Source: an uncultured Acidimicrobiia bacterium (GTDB lineage: Bacteria > Actinomycetota > Acidimicrobiia > IMCC26256 > JAENVU01). From it: DNA of 64,000 bases. Position 1 is the first letter of the stretch; every line of letters begins with the position of its first letter. The stretch spans positions 76 to 64,075 of the forward strand of contig CAVWPR010000015.1 of the NCBI GenBank assembly GCA_963756815.1. Reading direction: 5' to 3'. Shown piece after piece: positions 1 through 9,502 of this stretch. The position numbers and the translations under genes were made by a program. The notes beneath the pieces were generated by a model. That model did no database searches. It worked only from the letters and a program-made list of their open reading frames with translations, and was not told where the DNA came from.

Positions 1-711
1 GCGTCGTCGAAGTACCCGACGAGCAACGCCCCGACGGTGCCCCGCCGCGAGCCCTGGCCCTCGACCCAACCGCCGACCACGAGCTCCTGCTCGGCGCGGT
101 GCTTGACCTTCAGCCACTGGCGGGAGCGCCGGCCGGGCTCGTACACCGACCCGCTGCGCTTGGCGACGATGCCCTCGAGCCCGAGCTCCCGGCTCGCCGC
201 CAGCATCGCCGCCCCGTCCTCGGCGCCGTGCACCGACGCCGGCGTCTGCCAGTTGGGTCCCTGGAGCCCGAGGGTCCGACAACCGCGCCCGGCGCTCCAG
301 GTAGGTCTCGCCGAGCAGCGACTCGCCCGCGTGCCACAGCACGTCGAAGACCATGAGCGCGACCGGGGCCTCTGCGGCGAACTTCGCCTGCCGGCGCGCG
401 TCGGCGACGTGCATCCGTTGTTGGAGCCGCTCGAAGCTGGGGCGACCGGCGTCGTCGAAGGCCACGACCTCGCCGTCGAGCAGCACCGGCGCGTCGAGGG
501 CCGCGCCGAGCCCGGCCAGCTCGGGGTAGCGGCCGGTCAGGTCGTTGCCGAGCCGGCTCGTCAGCGTGACCGAGCCGGCCTCGACCGCGACCAGCGCTCG
601 GATCCCGTCCCACTTGATCTCGTACGACCACTCGTCGGCGAGGGGCGGCTCGGCGGCCAACGTGGCGAGCATCGGTCGCCAGTCGGTGGGCACGCGGTGG
701 GCATTCGGCAC
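1..711 (-). pseudogene. ATP-dependent DNA ligase (LigC / LigD ligase-domain type), C-terminus runs off the window start; one +1 frame change near 273-275
   Basis: Reverse-strand translation from GTG 709-711 gives VPNAHRVPTDWRPMLATL..EWSYEIKWDGIRALV (adenylation motif KxDG). After a GGG run at 273-275 the next frame continues LGLQGPNWQTPASVHGAEDGAAMLAASRELGLEGIVAKRSGSVYEPGRRSRQWLKVK. Not in the ORF track because there is no stop inside the window. Confidence 0.8.
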
Positions 712-760
712 GCCACCATCCTGACGCCGTCGCGCCCCACCGACGCCGGGCGTCGGTGCC

Positions 761-2987
761 ATGCTGGCGAGGATGCGGATCTCGCGGGGCGGGCGCGTAC
801 GGAGCGTGGCCGCCGGCGCGCTCCTGGCCGCCCTCCTCACGAGCGTGGCCCTCGTCGCCGTGACGCGACTCTGGGACCAGCCGCTGCACGTCCCGTTCCA
901 GTACGCGCACGTGCCGGGCGACGACGCGCAGGACGCGACGCTCGACATGATGCTCGTGAAGAACGTGGCCGAGCAGGGGTGGTTCAACCGGAACCCCGCG
1001 CTGAACGCGCCCTTCGAGCAGCACTGGGCCGAGTGGCCGATGGGCGGCGACGTCGTCGCCTACACCATCAAGAAGGCGATCGTCGACGTCACCGACGACG
1101 TCCCGTTGACGCTCAACCTGTTCTGGCTGCTGACGTTCCCGCTCGTCGCGTTGTTCGCCGTCCCCGCGCTGCGCGCGCCTGCGGTGCTCCCCCGCGACGG
1201 CCGTCGTCGGTGGCGTCCTGTTCGCCCTCGCGCCCTACCACTTCCGCAACGGCACCGGCCACAGCAACCTGGCGTTCTACGTCGGCGTCCCGGTGATCGT
1301 CGTGGCGTGCGTGCGCATGCTCGGACCACCCCGGTCGTTGCCGACGATGGCCGAGCTCCGAACCGGGGCCGGACTGCGCTCGATCGGCTGGTTGGTGCTG
1401 GGGAGCGTCCTCGTCGCGGTGACCGGCATCTACTACCTCGCGTTCCTGCTCACGCTCGTGGGGACGTGCGCGGTCATCGGCGCCGTCGTCCGTCGCCGTC
1501 CCGGGCGCCTCGCGATCGCAGCGATCATCGGCGGCGTCGGGATCGCGACCGCGGTCCTCGCCAACCTCCCGACCATCCTCTTCCGCTGGCAGCACCCGGC
1601 GAACCTGCTCGGCGTCCCCGACCGGCGGCCGGCCGTGAGCGAGGGCTATCCGTTGCGGATCGTCGAGCTGCTGAGCCCGGTCGCCGGGCACCGGCTCGCG
1701 CCGTTCGCCTGGGTGTCGGACCAGCTCTCCGCCGCCGGTCAACACGGCCTGGGCACGGCCAACCTGGGTCTCGCCGCGGCGATCGGCTTCTGCATCGGGG
1801 TCGGCGCGCTCCTCCTCACCCCGCTCCTCCGACGCGAGCGGTGCGGTTGGCAGCTCGAGTCCCGCCTCGGCCTCGTGATGCTCATCGCGTTCTTCTTCGG
1901 CGCCGCCGGCGGCCTGGCGCGCGTGATGGAGCTCGTCGGTCTCCAGGGGGTGCGCGCGTGGAACCGGATCGCGATCGTCATCGCGTTCGCGGCGATCGCG
2001 GTGTTCGCCCGCTCCCTCGACCGGCTCCGCGCGTCGCGGACCTTCCGCGACCGATTGCGCCGACCGCTCGTATGGAACACGGTGCTCGCCGCCGTGCTGA
2101 TCGTGGGCGTGCTCGATCAGACGTCGGGCGCCCTCCTCCCGGACGCGCGGGCGAACGAGACCGCGTGGCGGCACGACGCCGCGTTCGTCGCTCGTCTCGA
2201 GCGGGCGCTCCCGCACGGGGCGATGGTGTTCCAGCTGCCGGTCACCGACTTCCCCGAGCACGGTGCGGGACACCGCATGTCCGATCACGACCTGATCAAG
2301 GAGGGATACCTGCACTCGAGCTCGCTGCACTGGAGCGCCGGCGGCATCCGCGGGCGGACGACCGAATGGCAATGGCCTGCGTCCAGATTGAGGATCCGCG
2401 CGCTGTTGCGCGGTCTGGTGGCGATGGGCTTCACGGGCGTGATGATCGACCGCAACGGCTACGCCGACGACGCCCGTCACCAGGTGCGGGCGCTGCGCCG
2501 CTGGCTCGGTCCCGCCGTCGACCGGAACCACGGCCGGCTCCTGGCGTGGGACCTCAGACGGGCGGATCCTGCTCTGCTCACCGGGCTCGACCCGTCCGGG
2601 CGCGCCCGCCTCGCGCACGCCATGGTCGTGGCGCCCCGCCTCTACCTCGACGCCGACGCGAGCCCGATCCGTGACCGCGGCGACCCGCACGCGGTGTGTC
2701 GCGACGCGACGCTCCGGCTCGTGAACCCGGCGCGGAGCCGTGTGCCGGTCCATCTCGTCGTCGAGCTCGATCGCGGCCACAGCTCGGCCACGGGCGCCAC
2801 GCTCACCCTCGGTCGACGACGCGTCCCACTCCTCGTCGACCAGCCCACGCGCCTGCGCGTCTCACTCCGACCCGGTGTCACTCGGGCGCCGATCGTCGTC
2901 CGGGATCGCCGGGTCCGCTGTGACAACGTCGAGCGCGACGACCTCCCGACCGTCGCGGCGCACCTGGTACGACACTCGGCCGGATGA
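761..2987 (+). pseudogene. large polytopic membrane protein of unknown function (transferase-like topology with soluble C-terminal domain); +1 frame change near 1175-1193
   Basis: ORF 761.. reads as real protein (..LTLNLFWLLTFPLVALFAVPAL) until about 1180, then becomes Arg/Pro junk. The frame of ORF 1293..2987 already reads AVVGGVLFALAPYHFRNGTGHSNLAFYVGVPV upstream of its listed start. Many hydrophobic segments are followed by a soluble C-terminal part. Confidence 0.75.
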
Positions 2988-3002
2988 GGATGGGCTGCGA
3001 CG

Positions 3003-4536
3003 TCAGCGGCTCGCGAGCGCGCCCGTGACCGTGGGCGCCACGAGCGGCCACGGGTGGTGACGCTCGGCGGCGAGGGCGAGGTCGAGGAGCAGCGCGTCCG
3101 CATGGTGACGCGCGAGCACCTGGATCCCGACCGGCAGCCCGTCGATCGTCCCGGACGGTATCGACACGGCGGGGTTGCCGTAGAGGTTCGCCGGGATCGT
3201 CAGCGCGCCCATGTTCACGAGGTCAGGGAAGCGCTCGCTCGCCGCGGCGAGGAAGGCGGGCGGGAACTTCGGGAACACCCCGGCCGCGACGCGCGCCCCG
3301 AACAGCACGCCCCGCAGCGCCGCGGCCCCGGCACGAGCTCGACAGAGCCCAGTCGGCCACGCCCGACTGCGGCGCGCTCGTGACGGCCTCGGCCGGGAAC
3401 GCGGGCCCCGGGTTCGTGGCCGCGATCACGAAGTCGACCTCGTCGAACGCCGCCGCCATGGCCTCGTTCGCCTGTATGCGCAGGGCTTCGGCCGCGGCCG
3501 CGGTGTTGAGGTTGTAGAAGGTCTGCGACAGCCGCAGACCGAACGTCAGCTCGGTGGTCAGGTCGTCGGCGCACTCCGGCCAGCGGTCGCCGAGCTCGGC
3601 GAGCAGGGTGGCGAGATTGCCCATCATCCACTGCAACGCGAGGTTCGGGAGCTCCAGCGTGACGTCGGCCTGCACCATCCCGGTGGCCGCGATCAGATCC
3701 GCCGCCGCCGCCTGCACGTGCTCCGCGACCCCGTCGTCGAGCGGACTCCCGCCGAGCGCGGGGATCACCGCCACGCGCCGGCCCCGTAGCTCGTGGGCGC
3801 CGAGCCCGGCTTCCCACGGTCCGGCGACCGGCAGCGACGTCGGGTCGGCCGGGTGCGGTCCCGCGCAGACGTCGTAGTAGCGCGCCACGTCGCGCACCGA
3901 TCGCGCGACGTTCCCGAGGACCACCGTGTTCGGCCGCATCGGCGCGTGCGGACTCCGGGGGATGCGCCCGAACGTGCCCTTCATGCCGAGCAGGCCGGTG
4001 TAGCCGGCGGGGATTCGGATCGATCCACCGCCGTCGCCGCCGGTGGCCAGGCTCACGAGCCCGCCGGCGACCGCAGCCGAGGAGCCGGCCGACGAGCCGC
4101 CGACGGTACGACCGAAGCGCCACGGGTTGTGCGTGACGCCATGGATCCTCGTGACGCTGACGTTGAGCCCGCCGAACTCGCTCGCGGTCGTCGCGCCCAC
4201 CGGCACCGCGCCGCCACGTTCGAGCAGTCGTTCGACCACGTGCGCGGTGCGATCGGCGGTCCGGTTCGCGAAGACGAGGGAACCCTCACTGAACGGCCAG
4301 CCGCGAACGGGATCGAGCTCCTTGATCCCGGTCGGCACCCCGCCGAACGGCTTCGAGACGTCGGCCGCCGCCGCCACGCGATGGGCCCATTCGCGGTCGA
4401 GGTGGCAGAACGCGTTCAGACGCGAGGCGTCGATCGCGGCGAACGTGGCCTCGAGCTCCTCGGTCGGTGATCGCTCACCGCTTCGGAACGCGTCGACGAG
4501 CGAGCAGGCATCACCGGTCCAGGGAGCATCCGTCAC
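3003..4536 (-). pseudogene. amidase (amidase-signature family); +1 frame change around 3310-3345
   Basis: ORF 3223..4536 carries GGSSAGSSAAVAGG and GGDGGGSIRIPA amidase-signature motifs. The C-terminal third (..NLYGNPAVSIPSGTIDGLPVGIQVLARHH) continues in ORF 3003..3308, one frame over. CCCC runs at 3310-3313 and 3326-3329 are candidate junctions. Confidence 0.85.
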
Positions 4537-4600
4537 CTCGGCATCCTCGCGCCGGTCGCCGGCTGCGGGCAGATCGCGCCCGACCGGGCGCCGGGTCGCG

Positions 4601-6031
4601 TCAGCAGGGCGGGAGCGCGCCGAGGCGTGGCACCACGAAGCTCGGTTTCGGTACCGGTGGCCCGTTCGGGTCCTGGATCGCCACGGCGTCGACCATCACG
4701 AACGGCCCGTGCGGGACGTCGGGTGCCCGGCAGAACGCCGACGGGCCGCCCAGCGCGGTGTTGCGCCGGGCGTCGAGGCCGCTCACGCCGTCGACCCAGC
4801 GGTACGGGCTGGTGTTGCCCACGATCGTGGAAACGTTGTCCTTCACGACGGTGTTCGTCACCGGGTGGCCGAGGACGGCGGTGCGGTACGGCGTCCCGAC
4901 GATCACCGCATGGTGCGACGCGTCGGCGCCGCCGATCAGGTTGCCGACGATGCGGGCACCGTCGTCCTCCACCCGCACGCCGGAGTCGGCGCCGGAGATC
5001 ACGTTGGCCCGCACCGTGGTGCGCGGCGCGCGGTCGAGCGTGATCGCCTGGAGCGGTCCGCTGACGTAGGGCACGTCGCTGCAGTCCATCGGATAGACGT
5101 TCTCCGCCATCCGCGATCCGATCCACACGCCGGTCCGGCCCCCGAGGATCAGGTTGCCGGTGATCGTGTTGTCCTCGGCGCCGAACCGGTGCTCCACCCA
5201 GCTGGCCGGGTCGGTGTGCACGTACTCGCCGCAGTTCGTGTAGAGGAAGACGCCGCCGGCGGAGTTCGCCGCGATCCAGTTGCCGGCGATGCGGTTGTCG
5301 CGTGAGCCGTCGACCGCGATCCCCTCCCGGCCGGGCCCCCAGAACCGGAACGTGAGCCCACCGAACTGCGTGACGGTGCCCTCGGGATTCGGCCCGTTCT
5401 CGCGAAAGCCGTTCTCCACGACGATGTTCTCGACCACGCGGCCGTAGCGGGAGCCCGCGTCCAGGTAGATGCCGTCGCTCCCGGCGCCGCGGATCAGGAC
5501 GTGCTTGATCGTCGTGTTCGTCACGTACCCGTCGACGTAGAGACCGACGCCGCGCGAATTGGTGAGGACACTGTCGACGATCGTCACGCGGTCCAGGTGA
5601 TGGTCGTACTCGTGTCCCGGGGGCAACGAGTTGAAACCCTGCCGCCGCAGGTGGACGCTGTTGACGAAGCCGTCGACCTTGCAGTCGCGGATCGTCACGT
5701 CGGCCATGTCGACGTCGGCGGGCGTCTGGACCAGGATCCCGATCCCGCCGCCCGAGCTCTGGATCGTCGCTCCCCGACAGTCGAGCGTGACCCCGGAGGC
5801 GGTGATGTCGAGGCCCTGCGTGTAGGTGCAGGACGGGTCGAGCACGGAGCTGACGATGACCTCAACGCGCGTGGCGGCCCGGTCGCAGCCGATCAGCGCC
5901 GGCCGGGCCGCACCCGCCACCGTCGTCGCACCGGCTGCCGTCGTCACACCGGACGTGAGCACGGCGCTGAGCGTCATGAGCACCACGACGACGACCGTCG
6001 TGGTCACCTGTCGTGCACGCCCCCGGATCAT
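4601..6031 (-). CDS. secreted right-handed parallel beta-helix repeat protein
   Basis: 476-aa ORF with an N-terminal hydrophobic signal-like segment. It then has repeated short turns (NRIAGNWI, NTITGNLI, ARIVGNLI, ANVISGADSG) typical of pectate-lyase-fold beta-helix repeats. Confidence 0.75.
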   Translation of the reverse strand: MIRGRARQVTTTVVVVVLMTLSAVLTSGVTTAAGATTVAGAARPALIGCDRAATRVEVIVSSVLDPSCTYTQGLDITASGVTLDCRGATIQSSGGGIGILVQTPADVDMADVTIRDCKVDGFVNSVHLRRQGFNSLPPGHEYDHHLDRVTIVDSVLTNSRGVGLYVDGYVTNTTIKHVLIRGAGSDGIYLDAGSRYGRVVENIVVENGFRENGPNPEGTVTQFGGLTFRFWGPGREGIAVDGSRDNRIAGNWIAANSAGGVFLYTNCGEYVHTDPASWVEHRFGAEDNTITGNLILGGRTGVWIGSRMAENVYPMDCSDVPYVSGPLQAITLDRAPRTTVRANVISGADSGVRVEDDGARIVGNLIGGADASHHAVIVGTPYRTAVLGHPVTNTVVKDNVSTIVGNTSPYRWVDGVSGLDARRNTALGGPSAFCRAPDVPHGPFVMVDAVAIQDPNGPPVPKPSFVVPRLGALPPC

Positions 6032-6125
6032 CGCCGCTCCCCCAGCTGTTCGACCGGGACAGGGTATCGGGGGCGAAATCGGATGCCGGCCGGCGCCGCG
6101 ACGACGATCTGCGCTGGGACCGAGG

Positions 6126-7019
6126 TCAGAAGATCAGCGACGCGCGTCTCACCTGGGCAGCCACTGCCCCCGGCAGCGCGTCGGTCGCGCGCTCGGGATC
6201 CTGCCGTCCGGTCAGACCTTCCACGAGATCAACGGCGCGCCCCGCGGGGACCGCACGGTGACCGGACCCGCAACGCGCGACGGTGACGCCGTGGGCCGGG
6301 GTCCCAACCGAGAGGTGCAGGGGGTCCGCGGGCAGGTCCGTGAACGCGAGGCACACGTCGATCGGCTCCTCGGGACCCGGTCCGACTGCACGCGAATCGT
6401 CGACGAGGCCACCCTGGAGGGCCGCCATGACCAAGCTGAACCACGTCGCGACGAGCAGGTCGTCGCGCTCGACCGCCGGCGGATCGCCCAGCGGGACGAA
6501 GATGTCGTACTCGTGGAGCCACGAGTCCCAGTAGCCGTGGGCGAGGATCAGGTGCGCGGGGACGTGCCCGAGCGGCGACTCGCACCGCCGGTTCCAGGCG
6601 TCGTCGTCCAGCCCGATCACGAACGCGTGCAACGCCTCGAGCGCGGCGGCGTGCCGTTCGAGCAGCTCCGGGTCGGACGTGTCCGCAGTGGCGGCCCTCA
6701 CGAACTCGTCGGGCGAGCTCGACGGGTCGAATCCCCTGAGGTAGGTCGTCGGCGGGCCGTCGTCTCGGGCGGGCGCCATCGCGACCGGCCAGAATCCGTC
6801 GACCGTCACCAGGTGCGCGACGACGTCACGCACGGACCATTCGGCACAGCGGGTCGCGTGGTCCCAGTCGCCGGCGTCGAGACGGCGCACCGCGCCGAGG
6901 AATCGGGAACGGTGCGCCCGCCACGGCTCCACGAACGACGCGAGCGCCGGATCGACGACGACCGGCACCGGGGCCGCACCGTCGGTCGCGTAGTGCTGGC
7001 GGAGGGGTCGGGTCGCCAT
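6126..7019 (-). CDS. DinB / mycothiol-dependent maleylpyruvate-isomerase N-terminal domain family protein
   Basis: ORF 6126..7133 contains ..DHATRCAEWSVRDVVAHLV.. and a C-terminal domain typical of this actinobacterial family. Start moved to ATG at 7019 (MATRPL) because the upstream 38 codons are Arg-rich and run into the TetR operator. Confidence 0.7.
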   Translation of the reverse strand: MATRPLRQHYATDGAAPVPVVVDPALASFVEPWRAHRSRFLGAVRRLDAGDWDHATRCAEWSVRDVVAHLVTVDGFWPVAMAPARDDGPPTTYLRGFDPSSSPDEFVRAATADTSDPELLERHAAALEALHAFVIGLDDDAWNRRCESPLGHVPAHLILAHGYWDSWLHEYDIFVPLGDPPAVERDDLLVATWFSLVMAALQGGLVDDSRAVGPGPEEPIDVCLAFTDLPADPLHLSVGTPAHGVTVARCGSGHRAVPAGRAVDLVEGLTGRQDPERATDALPGAVAAQVRRASLIF

Positions 7020-7118
7020 GTCGCCTCGCTGGTCCGGCTCGGGGTGCGCCGGGAGCGTATGACGGCGGCCGACCCGACGGCGGTGTGAACAGCGCCACAT
7101 CCGGGCGTTTCGGGGTGC

Positions 7119-7136
7119 TGAGTGAGTGCTCACTCA
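7119..7136. promoter_or_regulatory. perfect 18-bp palindrome TGAGTGAG-TG-CTCACTCA, candidate TetR operator
   Basis: Read directly: 8-bp arms with a 2-bp centre. It lies in the divergent region between the DinB-like gene and the TetR gene, 17 nt upstream of the GTG at 7153. Confidence 0.6.
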
Positions 7137-7152
7137 TATAGGGTCGACGGCG

Positions 7153-7750
7153 GTGACCACCGTCAGGACCGCCGCCGGGACCCTCGAGCCCCGCTCGCGC
7201 GCCGCCGCCCTCCCACCCGAGGAGCGCCGGGCGCGCATCGTCGAGGCCACGCTCCCGCTGCTGCTCGCGCACGGCACCGCGCTGACCACCCGCCAGATCG
7301 CCGAGGCCGCGGGGATCGCCGAGGGCACCATCTTCCGCGTCTTCCCGGACAAGGAGTCGCTCATCGCGGCCGTCGTCGACGCGGCGCTCGACACCACGAT
7401 CGTCGACGCGCAGTTCGCGGCCATCGACGAGATCGCTGCCGCTCGAGGCGCGACTCGTCGCGGCGGTCGACATCCTCCGCCGCCGCATGGCCGATGTGTT
7501 CCAGCTGCGGCTCGCCGTCGGCAGCATCGACCAGCGACCGTCGACCGACCTCGGCGCGCTGGCTGCCGTGTTCGAGCCCGACCGCACGTCGCTGCGGCGC
7601 GACCCCGTGCAGGCCGCGCACCTGCTGCGCGGGATCACGCTGGCGGGCACGCACCCGTCGCTCGCACCCGAGGAACCGCTGACGTCGGAGGAGATCGTGT
7701 CGCTCCTGCTCGACGGGCTCCACCGTCGCGATGACGAGCACGGGCGCTGA
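7153..7750 (+). pseudogene. TetR family transcriptional regulator; +1 frame change around 7415-7435
   Basis: N-terminal HTH (TTRQIAEAAGIAEGTIFRVFPDKESL) is in the frame of ORF 7126... The C-terminal ligand domain (SLPLEARLVAAVDILRRRMADVFQLRLAVG..) is in the frame of ORF 7487..7750. Start set at GTG 7153 because the ORF-track start at 7126 lies inside the palindrome. Confidence 0.8.
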
Positions 7751-9486
7751 TGGACCTCCTCCACCTCCTCCGCAACTACCTGCTGCGCTACCGCAAGCTG
7801 CTGTCGATCGTGGTGGCCCTCACGTTCGTGCAGGTGATGGGCACGCTCTACCTGCCGAGCCTCAACGCCGACATCATCGACAAGGGCGTCATCACCGGCG
7901 ACACCGACTACATCTGGCGGACCGGCGGGCTCATGCTCGTGGTGACCTTCGTGCAAGCGGGGTTCGCCATCGCCGCCGTCTACTTCGGCGCCCGCGCCGC
8001 GATGGCGTTCGGCCGCGATGTGCGCAAGGCGCTCTTCCACCAGGTCACCGGCTTCTCGACCCAGGACGTCGCCACCTTCGGCTCCGCATCGCTCATCACC
8101 CGCATCACCAACGACGTGACCCAGGTGCAGACCCTGGTCGTCATGATCTGCACGCTCTTCGTGGCCGCACCGATCACGATCATCGGCGGCTCGATCATGG
8201 CGGTCCGGGAGGACGGACCGCTCTCGCTCCTGCTGCTGGTGAGCGTGCCCGCTCTCATCCTGAGCGTCGGGCTCGTCATCATCCGGATGCTGCCGCAGTT
8301 CCAGCGGATGCAGGAGCGCATCGACCGCATCAACGAGGTGCTGCGCGAGCAGATCACGGGCCTGCGCGTGGTGCGGGCCTTCGTCCGCGAGCCCAACGAG
8401 ACCGAGCGCTTCGGCACCGCCAACGCCGACCTGACCGAGACGTCGCTGAAGGCCGGCCGCCTCATGGCCTTCATGTTCCCGACCGTGATGCTCATACTCA
8501 ACTGCTCGAGCGCGGCCGCGATTTGGATCGGCGGCGACCGCATCGGCGCGGGCCAGATGCAGGTCGGCGCGCTGATCGCGTTCCTGAGCTACCTCATCCA
8601 GATCCTGATGTCGGTGATGCTGGCGACGTTCGTCGCGGTGATGGCGCCGCGCGCGTCGGTGAGCGCGGAGCGGATCCAGGAGGTGCTCGAGACCGAGCCG
8701 TCCATCGCCGCCCCGCCGAACCCGATCACCGAGCTCGGGGCGAAGAGCTCGCTCGAGCTGCGCGACGTCTCGTTCGAGTACCCGGGCGCGGAGCACCCGG
8801 TGCTGTCTGACCTCTCGTTCCGGGTCGCCGCCGGGGAGACCACGGCCATCATCGGCAGCACCGGGTCGGGCAAGTCGACACTGCTCAACCTCGTCCCCAG
8901 GCTCTTCGACGCGACCTCGGGCGCGGTGCTCGTCGACGGCGTCGACGTGCGCGACGTCGAACCCGAGCTGCTGTGGAGCCGCATCGGGCTGGTGCCGCAG
9001 AAGCCCTTCCTGTTCTCCGGGACCGTCGCCACCAACCTCCGGCACGCGAACCCGGACGCCACCGACGACGAGCTCTGGGCTGCGCTCGAGGTCGCGCAGG
9101 CGCGTGACTTCGTGGCCGCGATGCCGGGCGGTCTCGACGCGCGCATCGCGCAGGGCGGCTCGAACGTGTCGGGCGGACAGCGCCAGCGGCTCGCCATCGC
9201 GCGTGCCCTCGTCCGCAAGCCCGGGATCTACCTCTTCGACGACTCGTTCTCCGCTCTCGACCTCGCGACCGACGCGCGCCTGCGCGCCGCGCTGGCGCCG
9301 GTGGTGCGCAACGCGGTCACCGTGATCGTCGCCCAGCGGGTGTCCACGATCCGCAACGCCGATCAGATCATCGTGCTCGAGGACGGCGTGATCGTCGGCA
9401 AGGGCCGGCACGAGGAGCTGCTCGACCATTGCGAGACCTACCAGGAGATCGTCTCCTCGCAGCTCACCGCGGAGGAGGCGGCATGA
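7750..9486 (+). CDS. ABC transporter permease/ATP-binding protein (exporter half-transporter, subunit 1)
   Basis: 578 aa. An N-terminal 6-TM domain is followed by Walker A GSTGSGKST, signature VSGGQRQR and Walker B IYLFDDSFSALD. The start overlaps the TetR stop (TGATG). Confidence 0.95.
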   Translation: MDLLHLLRNYLLRYRKLLSIVVALTFVQVMGTLYLPSLNADIIDKGVITGDTDYIWRTGGLMLVVTFVQAGFAIAAVYFGARAAMAFGRDVRKALFHQVTGFSTQDVATFGSASLITRITNDVTQVQTLVVMICTLFVAAPITIIGGSIMAVREDGPLSLLLLVSVPALILSVGLVIIRMLPQFQRMQERIDRINEVLREQITGLRVVRAFVREPNETERFGTANADLTETSLKAGRLMAFMFPTVMLILNCSSAAAIWIGGDRIGAGQMQVGALIAFLSYLIQILMSVMLATFVAVMAPRASVSAERIQEVLETEPSIAAPPNPITELGAKSSLELRDVSFEYPGAEHPVLSDLSFRVAAGETTAIIGSTGSGKSTLLNLVPRLFDATSGAVLVDGVDVRDVEPELLWSRIGLVPQKPFLFSGTVATNLRHANPDATDDELWAALEVAQARDFVAAMPGGLDARIAQGGSNVSGGQRQRLAIARALVRKPGIYLFDDSFSALDLATDARLRAALAPVVRNAVTVIVAQRVSTIRNADQIIVLEDGVIVGKGRHEELLDHCETYQEIVSSQLTAEEAA

Positions 9487-9502
9487 GCCCGGGAGGTCGA
9501 CG

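Noticed and set aside
1113-2780. 555-aa minus-strand ORF, plus similar long ORFs at 9464-11317, 26438-27733, 26464-27774, 28209-29102, 28478-29401, 30451-31743, 31713-33380, 41723-43183, 43218-44480, 51947-53794 and 56922-58667
   Set aside because: All are off-frame or antisense shadows of clearly protein-like genes. They have no hydrophobic cores or motifs and show extreme Arg/Pro/Gly/Asp bias.
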